A stretch of DNA of 64,000 bases from Geosiphon pyriformis uo1 (Eukaryota > Fungi > Glomeromycota). The stretch's first letter is position 1. The number at the start of each line of letters is the position of its first letter. The stretch is taken from NCBI GenBank assembly GCA_016748015.1, contig JAAOMT010000572.1, positions 248,001 through 312,000 on the forward strand, in the 5' to 3' direction. Below the pieces are notes generated by a model that saw nothing but the letters and a program-made list of their open reading frames with translations, was not told the DNA's origin and did not search any database. Below, in pieces: positions 26,901 through 37,500 of this stretch. The position numbers were made by a program, and so were the translations under genes.

Positions 26901-27404
26901 GATACAATGACTAAGACGGCAATTAATTCTGCAAGCCAAAAACAGGAAGAATTAGAACGTGCTGAAGAGGAACTAAATAAGTATGAATTTTGAGAAGAAA
27001 GCTGTTTCTTTTTATTCATTAACCTAAAATTTTGATTTTATAGTGTGGATAACATCGTTTCAAATCTTGTTTTGGAGCATGAAATAAACCTTGCGAATAA
27101 TCTCATTTCTTCATTGAAATCACAACGCAAACCTATACCCGAAGACTTGACGGATCGTAAACAGGCATTGGAAATAAAAATGAATCTTTTGATTATTCAA
27201 GTACAGACTGGGCAGCTGACCATGGAGAATTATTTGAATCAGGTAAGAGCAAGCATCATTCAATTCAAAAAGCTCGCATTAGTTTTCAAGCAGGCGGGCA
27301 AAATTGAGGAAGCGAAACGGGCTTTAGGAAGAAGCAAAATTATGGATGGCGAAGTAAAAGAAGCAGAGGAGGCTATAGCAAATGGAGCTTATGGTGATGA
27401 ATAA
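23983..27404 (+). CDS. Coiled-coil and C2 domain protein, CC2D1A/B / Lgd-like (DM14 repeats + C2 + C-terminal helical region); multi-exon
   Basis: DM14-like KLEAVRKKRAGDKAGALE and QKQYKNAAIQYKDLNNIPKAKE. C2 domain DLEVCIDRGINL...PEFNF...FEVFHYRGFLR...TGGKIEVRLRLRRPI. C-terminal VSNLVLEHE...AKRALGRSKIMDGEV. Confidence 0.85.
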
Positions 27405-28039
27405 TGAATAGGTATAACTTTATTTAATAATGCCATTCCGTATTTCGGGAAACTGTCATTAATTTTAGTTCCAATACAGTTTACAACCAAAATCATTATT
27501 TTAATGCATTAAATTAATATGATTACTCGTATAAAGGATTTTTTTCAATTTACATAGAACTTTCCAAGAGAATTATTGGATTTTTGTTATTGTCTCTTTA
27601 GGTCTGAATTAAATTGCATATTACTAACTCTATTTAGACAAGTTTAAAGGTTAGTGTACTGGGGGGAGGGGCAATGTATAAGATTTCAATATTTGCAAGA
27701 GATACTTCATGTTTGGATTTTTATAATTAAAGTGATTCATTTCATAAAGTGGTAAAATAAAGCTGTCTCCGATGTAAGGTACAAATTTCAACTTATTCAT
27801 ATTACATAAGGAATTTGAAGAATCCCTAAGAATCAATTATGTAGAACTTTGAGAATAATGCTAATTTGGGTGAAAAGCCCAGTAATATAACTCAACTTCC
27901 TAATGTTCTTGCTACTTGGGATTCCCTACTAACACGATTCTATTGATAAAGTCAATAATATTAGTAAAAACACAGAAAGCACATAATGTGTGAACTTTTG
28001 CCTGAAGTTACTAGGAACTACCCATAGCTTTTGAACATT

Positions 28040-30283
28040 CTACAATGATGATTTGGATTCTTCAGAATTCTCATTTTCGGATGCTCCAGTAGTAGATTTT
28101 AACGGGGAGCGATTAACTTCGGGCGAAGTAGAAACAATTGGAAAATACTCTATATGAACTGAAACCACCGTATCAGGTACAGGCTCGTTTATTTTATTGA
28201 TGCAAGACTTCGTCACATCCTCTGATTCTGGGGCGTTACTTTGGGACTCTTGATCCGAGATTTGATCCTCGGGTACATGATTAAATCTCACGTCCTCAGA
28301 GTCCAGGGGCGTGTTACTTTTACTAGTGTCTTCTGGTTCGGTTTTAATTTTGGCTGAATATGACCCAGATAGGTGGAAATTCTTCATGTCGTTTATATTA
28401 TCATCAGTTTTCAGACTTTTGACTTCCATAGTCAAATTTTCTTCTTTTATCTTAACATCAGTTTCCTGACTTTTGCCTTCGTTAGTCAAATTTTTGTCTT
28501 TTATATTATCATCAGTTTTCAGACTTTTGACTTCCATAGTCAAATTTTCTTCCTCATCTGGCTTTATTTCCATATCCATTTTGTCATTCACATCCCCAAT
28601 CTCCCGATCAGTCGTTCTGATTTCAGTGGCATCGGCCTCTTTTTTCTCGTTTTCCTCTTTTTCCTCGCTTTTTTGCTTATCTTCTATTGGCGACGGCGGG
28701 GGCGGAAAGATTTGGGGAATTAGCTTTTCATAAGCTTGCTTATTTTCGTTTTCGAAAACGCAAAAGATGATTCGATCAATCTAAGGAATTTAATATATTA
28801 GATTTCTGAGAATCAGTCCTTAACTGAGAATCCGAGTCAAAATAAAAAACATGCCTCCTCGAGATTCTCTTGGGCTTCAAGCCATTTTCTGACAGTCCTT
28901 AGAGCAACCTGACCGGCCGCATTTCTTGGATAGCCATATACACCTGCCAAAAAGCCAGAGTTAGCTATTTTTTGCTAATTCGTCAAAGTAACTACTCTGG
29001 CTAAAATATTGCCCAGTCTATAAATAGGAGAGATGAAGCACTTCTTTACCTGTACTAATATTTGAAAATGCCTTCGATTCATCAAATGTTTGAATGTCAG
29101 CATTTTGGAAGTACATAAATATTTTGATAAAGATATTGAAAAAATACATACAATACTTCGGAGGTTATTTTCTCGGAAAAGCTCTAAACAACGTTTATAG
29201 CACATATGTAGGGTAGAAGGATCTTCGCCAATAGGCCCCACCGTGTGAATGACATCTATTTTTTGAATGGATAATCTCTGAGAATATTGCAGTATAGTGG
29301 AAAAACGACACTCATCCAAAAGAAAAATGCATACGTTTACATGGGAGTTTATGTCCTAATAAAAAATTGGAGAAAATTGAGAAAATTGAAAAATATAGAA
29401 TCACCAACAATGATTTAATAATACCCTTACCTAGAGTTATTTTTGCATCCTACCATGAAGTATAATATAATAATTTCTAAGATAATTCTTTGTTTTTAAG
29501 TTTGCTGAACGCGAAAATCAAAGATTAAAACATACACCAGTATCACAGCCTCCAAGGGTCACACATTCACGCTTTAATCCTGATCCGGCAGCTCTGAAAT
29601 CCGCGAATTGGCATCAGTAAATTAAAATGGTAAAAATTTGATAAAACCTGAGCCAATCAAACCTGTGAATAGCGCCATCAACTATCATGGGTTTTTAAGA
29701 TGTCATTATTTCACAAGTAAAATAAATAATATTCAAATTTGCCCAAAACTTACCCCCACCACCACCTAAAAGAGATTGATTGGCCGCGTTCACTAGATTA
29801 ATGGGGTTAATCAAAATTTAAGAGTTCTTTGAATATACAGAGCTATAGAGGCTTCCCTACCTATGGCGTCAACTTTCATCCGGGTAATATCTGTTTGACT
29901 TTGATTGAGCAATAATGAATTGAGGGTAAGTCAAGTTCGAAATTTTGGAAATAAGACGAAAAAGCGTTTACATCAAAGATATCTTTTCATTAAGCTTATC
30001 GTTATATTCAAACATGTCTACAATTTGCAAAAAAACTTTAGGAGTGAAAGAAAATTCTCGAGTCAAGCAAAAATAGTGTTTACTGACAAGTTTGTCCTTC
30101 AACGGGGGGGCCTCGAAAAATTCTATTGCTTTCATAAACTTCTTTGAGAGTTGAGATTTCATGCAATTCAATGACGGGCATGGCTTGTTTGGTTGTATAA
30201 AAGCGTGAAAGTACTTTACAAATGGCACCTTGAAGAAATTTTTTTTTGTATCTGTTGGAATTCAGTTTAACCAAATAATGCAT
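28040..30283 (-). CDS. MacroD-type macrodomain (ADP-ribose/O-acetyl-ADP-ribose hydrolase) with an acidic low-complexity tail; many short exons
   Basis: Spliced motifs [32 protein letters not shown]...VIHTVGP...AFSNISTGVYGYP...IDRIIFCVF. The start is either 30283 or the in-frame ATG at 30181. Confidence 0.9.
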
Positions 30284-30501
30284 GACAAATTTTTAAGAAC
30301 TTTAATTTAAGCTTCATAGCTGGGGTTCCATTGGTCAAGTAATTACGAGGATAATAAATTGATCTCTGATTCAGTTTTTAATGGAGTTAAAGCATGTGGG
30401 ATATAGGTCAGGGACGGTTAAGTGTCAAGGATGTAATATTATTTTTTTTCTGGAGAATAATCAATTAAGAAGTTAACACTTTTTCTTATAATAAGAATAA
30501 T

Positions 30502-30510
<9 letters not shown>

Positions 30511-30558
<48 letters not shown>
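30511..30558. repeat. (AAT)n microsatellite
   Basis: Direct reading of the sequence. Confidence 0.9.
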
Positions 30559-30559
<1 letters not shown>

Positions 30560-32103
30560 TACTAAGAATAATTACTAAAGAAAAATATTAAAAATAGTAT
30601 TAAATTTTTTTTTAATATACATGAATTGTAATTAAATTTTTTGTAATGAATATTTTGTATTGTATATTTTGTACAAACTTTTAAACATATATTAAATACA
30701 TTAAAAACACAATTATTTTGAATTTTAAATTTTTTAAAATAAATATTAATTGATAATTAAGAAATTTTATTTAAAAATATCAATAAAATTATTATTGAAA
30801 AAATTTTATTATTATTGTAATGTTTTTTTTATAAATTTATATTAAATTAATTTTTTATAATTTTTTAATTGAATTAGAAAATAATTAATAATTATAAATT
30901 CATATTAAAATTCATATTATAAGTAATTTAATTATAATAAAAATTAATAATTTATTTTAAATTAAATTTATTAGATTAATAAAAACCAGACTTTTGAAAA
31001 TTTTTCTTTTTTTTTACAAATTATCAATAATCAAATAATTTGAAAAAAAAGTATAATAAAATTCTTGAATAATCAATTTTTTATTTTAAAATTTGATCTA
31101 TGGAAAAGAATTTGAATAAAATTGTAATTAGTGTTTCTTAATGAGTTATAAATTCTTTGTATTAATTTATTATTGAACATTGTATTATTAATTGTCAAAA
31201 AATTAATTTGAAGATTTTAATTTTTATTATAAAAATATGATATAATTTAGAAATATTTAGAATATTAATAATTTTTTGTATTTTTGAGGAAAGTTGAATA
31301 TTTGGTTTCATTGAAACTTTTATTGACTTTTTGTGAACAAAAGATGTGTTAAAATCTTCAAAATTAAAAATTTTGTTTTTAAATTTTGTTTGTATGTATT
31401 CAAGGTTATTTGCATTTTGTTTAAATATTATGTTTTACAATTAATCAAATAAGGTTATAATTTTAGAACAAGACGGTGCAAAAATGAATAAAAATATTTA
31501 CTAAAAAACTTATTTTGCGGAGTCTAGATGGCAGATGTAAACTTCTAAAATAGGGAACAAAGTTTTCAACAAACCTTTTTTAATTTAGATTATAATAATT
31601 TGGTAAATAATTCTATTATTAGAAAGATATATCAAAGTTTTTTTTTTAGACAAAATTTGAAACAAAACTAGTTTTAATAAGATTTTTCAAAATACAGTAT
31701 ATGAAATTAAAATTAGAATTTATATATTCCAAAGATGAAGAAAAATTATTTAGATTTTTTAAATTATTGAAAAATATTTATAATATCTTAAAAAAATTAT
31801 ATATATATATATATATATATAAATTGAAAAAATTTTTCTTTGTGTTTTGAAAAAAAAAACACTTTATAAACATTATTTTCTGACACACAGCTATTTATAG
31901 CGCGTTGATATTTAAACAACTAAATTCTGAACCAATTTGAAAATTTCCATTACAAAATCGAATGCTATCATCAAAAAAGTCTATAAATGTTAACAAGATT
32001 GCTAAATTTAGCATTTTCGGCTTTAACAACTCCGAGGGAATATCTTTTCCGTTTTAATAATTTTATTTAGAGAGTATCAAAAAAAAATTGAGTACAAAAA
32101 ATC

Positions 32104-32141
<38 letters not shown>
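32104..32141. repeat. (TAA)n microsatellite
   Basis: Direct reading of the sequence. Confidence 0.9.
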
Positions 32142-32143
<2 letters not shown>

Positions 32144-33150
32144 GTTAAACATGTTTTAAATTCTTTGTTAACTAAAATATTAAAATTTCTGTCAAAAAAT
32201 GGGAATTTTAAAAGCAATTAAAATCTGAAACTTTTTTCATGATAATTGATAAAAAAACCTTATGACAATTGGTTTTATAATAGGTTAATTTAAAAAATAT
32301 ATATATTAATTGGGAAATTTCTTTATAACAATTATTTTTATAAAAAAACATTATTCGATTTTGTGACAGTGTCAGGTGGTATTTAATATTTTATTAATTC
32401 AAAACATCATTTCCAAATTCATTTTTGAGAAAACATGATACTATATAGATTCCAAATCGTTTTAACAAAAAATGATAATCAATTTGTATTTCATTCCAAA
32501 TTTACAAAACAAAAGTACTAAAACTCTTTTTCCGATAAATTGCTCTTCAATTTGTGCCAAGGGTAAATGTTTAAATGGGAATCATATTAAAAAGTCATTT
32601 AACCAAAAAAACATTGGATTAAAAAATAATTGCCGAAAGTTTATAACATACTACTGTTAAATTGTTTCATGAGAGATGGAAACTTCAACTTTATCCCTTA
32701 AAATATGTTTTCTTTTTAAATTAATTTACTTTTCATGAATCAAAAAATTGTGAATCCATACCATGAGTAGCATTTTTCCTTGGTTTTAAAAAGAAATTAA
32801 TATATTATTATTTACAAGATGGGTTTGAAATTGGTTTAAAATTTAAATATATATTTTTGAATAGTCATATTCGAATATTTCTGTTTATTTTAAATTTTCA
32901 ATAAACAGTCGTAACAGATTAATTCAGGAATCAATTTAAATAATGGACATTTTTGGATTTTGTAAATGCCGAATAACAAAAACAAGAATAGACTAAATAA
33001 ATTCAAAGTAATGCCGAAGCTTGTTAAAACAAAATATAAAATTGATTAGAAATCTCGGACTTTACAAAGCGGCCTGATGCAATATCTTTTTAAATTGTAA
33101 TAATTAAACATGAAATAGAATCATGGTAATTCGAGGAAAATTAGAAATAG

Positions 33151-33157
33151 GGAGGGG

Positions 33158-33195
<38 letters not shown>

Positions 33196-33215
33196 GGTGA
33201 AGGGGGGGGAAGGGA
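33151..33215. repeat. Compound (GTA)n(GTG)n microsatellite flanked by G-runs
   Basis: Direct reading of the sequence. Confidence 0.85.
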
Positions 33216-34046
33216 GATGGTTTCAAAGGAATCTTTTATTTTTCAAAAGAAAAAAGTTCAAACTAATTTGAGATTGGCGGAAAATTTTTGCACGTGTTGG
33301 ATCGATTGAGATCATTGAATAATGAAAAAGAAATTTATCGAATATTTCTTGAATGTTTATGGGATTAAAAAACCCTCCCCCCCGAATTTAGGAAGAATCT
33401 TTTATTCCCAATTGATTGAAATAATGGCCCTGATCAAAACAAACCTCCCAAAGCCTGGGAGCTTCAAAGATCTCATTGATCATATGATGATCGAAAAATA
33501 TCTTGAACTATTTTTGATCAAAAAAAAATTTTACTTGATTACTAAATTCCATCCCCATTGATGTGAAGCCTAAAGTAAAAAGAATTTTTTTTGATTAATC
33601 TTCAAAATCGATAGACAAAAATTTTAAATTGAGTTCAAATATTTGGAAATTGTTTTTTTCCGATTGTTAATTCTCCAAGTCATTTTTGGCATTTGTTATG
33701 AACATTTCAAATGAATGAATCAATGAATGAATGCATGCATAATGACACTTTTACCAGATTCGAATAAAAGTTTTTTTTTTTATTGCTTCTAAATGCCAAG
33801 TTAAAATGTGATCACTTTTTAAATTAAATTAAAAATTTATTTTTGACTCTTTTAATTCAAAAATTTATTGTAAATGGTGTAATTTAAAGATATATTGAAT
33901 CTTGTATTTCAAAAAATATAAATAAGAAAGCTTCCGGCATCTTTCAAGTTGTAAACCTGGAAAAAAGTGAATAAAAAACTTTCTTTTATTTGAATTATAC
34001 CATATTATTGATAAATTATTTTAAAACATAAATATTATTAACTGAA

Positions 34047-34170
34047 CCTACCTACCTACTTACCTACTTAGCTACATACCTACATACCTACCTACATACA
34101 TACATACATACATACATACATACATACATACATACATACATACATACATACATACATACATACATACATA
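34047..34170. repeat. Compound (CCTA)/(TACA)n tetranucleotide array ending 3 nt before the Myb ATG
   Basis: Direct reading of the sequence. Confidence 0.9.
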
Positions 34171-34173
34171 AAT

Positions 34174-34794
34174 ATGACTCGTGGAAATGTTATTTGGACT
34201 CCTGAGGTAATTAATAGAATGTAAAATCTTCCAAGTCTTTTTACGAAATTTTCAAATCGTAAATTTTTTCAATTAGGAGGATGAATTTCTACTTCAAATT
34301 TATACAAAGCAGCATAACAGAAAAGTACGATTTCAAGAAATTTCTGAAAAGTTGCCACAACATACCTCGAAATCTTGTCGTGAAAGATGGATATTTCATA
34401 TTGATCCCTCAAGTATAAAAAATATCAGAGTTTTTTTTTAATAATTCATAAATATCTTTACATATTATTTTAATTAATTAATTAATTTTTTATTATTCAT
34501 TCAGTTAATCATAAACCACTCACACGATTTGAACAAAATTATATATTGGCACAATCATCATCGAGTGCTTCACCAAACTGGGTCGGTATAGCAAAAAGAC
34601 TTTCGAGAAAAGATTCTCGAAGAACACCATTACAATGTAAAAATTTTGTGAATAATCGACAACGAAGGATAAGATCTATTCTCGGAAGGTTGCGAAAAAA
34701 ATATCAAAAAGATCCGAATCGATTTAGTCTGGGATTTATTTTAAATCACTCAGAGGAAGATGAAGAAAAGAGGAAAGATTTGAAAATTAATTGA
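34174..34794 (+). CDS. Small two-repeat Myb/SANT transcription factor; exons 34174-34206, 34277-34412, 34505-34794
   Basis: The spliced product reads MTRGNVIWTPE|EDEFLLQIY...ISEKLPQHTSKSCRERWIFHIDPS|INHKPLTRFEQNYIL...NWVGIAKRL...RTPLQCKNFVN...FSLGFILN. The GT-AG introns keep frame. Confidence 0.85.
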
Positions 34795-34811
34795 TGGAAT
34801 CATTTAAAGTT

Positions 34812-34970
34812 TTCAAGGAACTTTTTAACTTATTATTTAATAGATTCAACTCAATGAACTTTTAACTTATATTTTAACATATATTCAACTCAAGGAACTT
34901 TTTAGTTCATATTTTAACATATATTCAACTCAAGGAACTTTTAGCTTATATTTTAAAATTCAATTCAAGA
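34812..34970. repeat. ~40-bp minisatellite (about 4 units) just downstream of the Myb stop
   Basis: Repeated TCAACTCAAGGAACTTTT(T)AACTTATATTTTAACATATAT. Confidence 0.8.
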
Positions 34971-36025
34971 AATTAAGAAATATTGATAAGTATTTACTAA
35001 AAAATAAGTCTAAGCTTATGAAACCAGAACATTAAATAAATAAGAAATTAGGGAATTTATTAGTGTAAAGCAATTAATTTTTAAGAGAAAAACTTTGATT
35101 AAATAAAATTTTTTTTTGAAACAGTTTAAATAAATGCTTTTATTTTATTTTATTTTATTTTTTCTAAATATTATTAAAAGTCCAAATCTTTGTATAGTTA
35201 GGAATAATTATTATTTTCTTTTCAGAAAAATCTTTTGATAAAAGTACGATATATTTAGTTTTATGTTTTCCCGTTTTTAGATCCAAATAATCAAAAATTT
35301 GATATGCTTTTATTAGTAAAAACGAAACTGATTTCAAACTAATTCTTTGGCACAACTTTTATTAGATTAAAGATTATTGTAAAAATAGATCTTTATGTAA
35401 AGTTAATTTTTTTGATACGAAAAATACAAAAATATATAAAAAATTCGTTTTAAAAATTATTTTAATAGAAATTCTAAGTCGAAAGTTATAATAGATTTAA
35501 AATGAACTTTAAATAACATTATAAAAATAATCAAAAGTTTCAATTAATAAATTAAATAGGATAAATGCATCGTGAAATGATATTAACATTCTTTTATATA
35601 TATAAATAAAAGAATGTTAATAATCTAAATGAAGAATGTTATGAAAAATGGTAATAAAATATTTACATCAGTACATTTATAAAATTCTAAATAAATCAGA
35701 TATCTAATATATATACATATACATATTTTCTTTTAATTTAACGAAAATTATTTAATTGAAAAAAAATCTTAAAAAAGAACAAAAAAAAGATATTTATATT
35801 CATATTTGTTTTCAATCTTTAAAAATAAAAATAATAATAATTTCTAAATAGTTTATTGAAAATTATCTATGTTATTTTCCATAATTTTGATTGAACTATC
35901 AATAGTTAAAAATGATTGCTTTTTTTTTTTTAAAAAAAAAATGTTTTGTAAACACAATTACAAGAGATTGTTTTCTTTTTTTTCTTTTAGTATTTATTCA
36001 AAATTTTATTCATACATTATCGTAG

Positions 36026-36112
36026 AAAAAATAAAAATAAAAATAAAAATAAAAATAAAAATAAAAATAAAGATAAAAATAAAACTAAAAATAAAACATA
36101 AAAATAAAAATA
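36026..36112. repeat. (AAAAAT)n repeat
   Basis: Direct reading; it explains the KIKIKI ORF. Confidence 0.85.
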
Positions 36113-36400
36113 ATAATTGAACTTTCCCAAAAACTAAACAATTCATTAATTTGAAATTTGAAATAATAAGATTTTTAACTAAAATATTTATACATATTTA
36201 GTTGAAAATAGTTTTATAGCTTATAATATGCATGAGGTTTTATCAGTTATTTTCATGATATTTGGCTTATAATTTCTTGATTGTTTCGATGAAAATTATT
36301 TTTCGTAAATTCTTCGAGAGAGAACTTCTATACAAGAATCAATGCAAAACAAATACAGCCAGCTCTATATTGAAGATATTATAAATAAAATAAAAAAATA

Positions 36401-36402
<2 letters not shown>

Positions 36403-36450
<48 letters not shown>
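36403..36450. repeat. Poly(A) tract of about 48 nt
   Basis: Direct reading of the sequence. Confidence 0.9.
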
Positions 36451-36454
<4 letters not shown>

Positions 36455-36925
36455 TTTCTATTGTATAAAGCTTTATATTACGATTTGCAATTAATCACGT
36501 TTTGCTTTGTAATTATTTCTAGTTCTTTCCTGAAATCGTGCTTCCCCCGCAAAAAATAAATAAATAACCCCTTATCTGATATTCATAATTATTCTAAAAA
36601 ACTTTATCATTTTATGACCTATTAATTAATGATACTTTCTAACTCAAAGGACTCTTAATTTGGAGATTTTTTCAAAAGTTCGAATTAGATATCACATCAA
36701 TAGTTCGTAAAAATTGTTTCAATTCCTTCAAGTTCCTAAAAGATATCGTTTTTTTTCCTGAATAAATTACTTTAGAATTTTCCCTCCCATTTAACAAGTA
36801 CTTACAAAAACCAAAATCCTTTTAAGAGTTATCTCGTTTAAATACAAAATAAGAATTTGATAAATTAGTTTCAATTGTTGAGGTGTTCAGTACAAGACTT
36901 GAAGGTTCAGTTTTGTTTTATTGAC

Positions 36926-36926
<1 letters not shown>

Positions 36927-36962
<36 letters not shown>

Positions 36963-36987
36963 ATAACTAACTAACTAACCAACTAAC
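36927..36987. repeat. (CTAA)n array
   Basis: Direct reading of the sequence. Confidence 0.85.
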
Positions 36988-37034
36988 CGACAAATTAAAG
37001 AAAGAAAGTAAGGTTACAAAGAGAAAGGAAAAAG

Positions 37035-37500
37035 ATGTCATGGCAAGTTATAAATAAAGTGGTAAACAACGAGTAACAATTAGAATTGTGCCCGATTTCT
37101 TAAAATTACCTCAAATATGAGTACACTCGAAGAAGAATTAGATGTGTGAAAACTTAATAATGTTAAAATCGGATTTTTAATGTGCTAGTCATGCTTCCTA
37201 GTCTTTCGTCTCCTTTTACAACGAAATGCCCTTTAGAAGATAATCGAGCATATTCTGAAATTTGGCAAGAGATATTCATTTATCTCACAGAAACTTGATT
37301 TATAATTGCTGGTTTCCCGAAATCCGTTACTCCGCAAAAGAAACGTCAATATTTTACAAAAGCAATTCAAAACCTGACACAAATGTGTGGGTTGGTCAAA
37401 AGTAAAAAGTAAATCGAGAGATTCAATTTAACAATCTAACAAAAAGGTTTTGTGAGAAAAGCAAAAACCGAGACATTTTTTTACTTTGTTATGGAACAAA
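37035..37500 (+). pseudogene. Probable HMG-box (MATA-HMG-like) transcription factor pseudogene
   Basis: Broken frames give SHAxLVFRLLLQRN (cf. PNAFLxFR), SFISQK and W..SVTPQKKRQY (cf. W....EK..Y), with several stops and frameshifts. Confidence 0.4.

Noticed and set aside
34812-34970. CRISPR-like array
   Set aside because: The units are contiguous with no unique spacers, the context is eukaryotic, and there are no cas genes.
35869-36120. ORF with a KIKIKI run
   Set aside because: It is the translation of an (AAAAAT)n repeat.
36927-36987. Interstitial telomere repeat
   Set aside because: The unit is CTAA, not CCCTAA.
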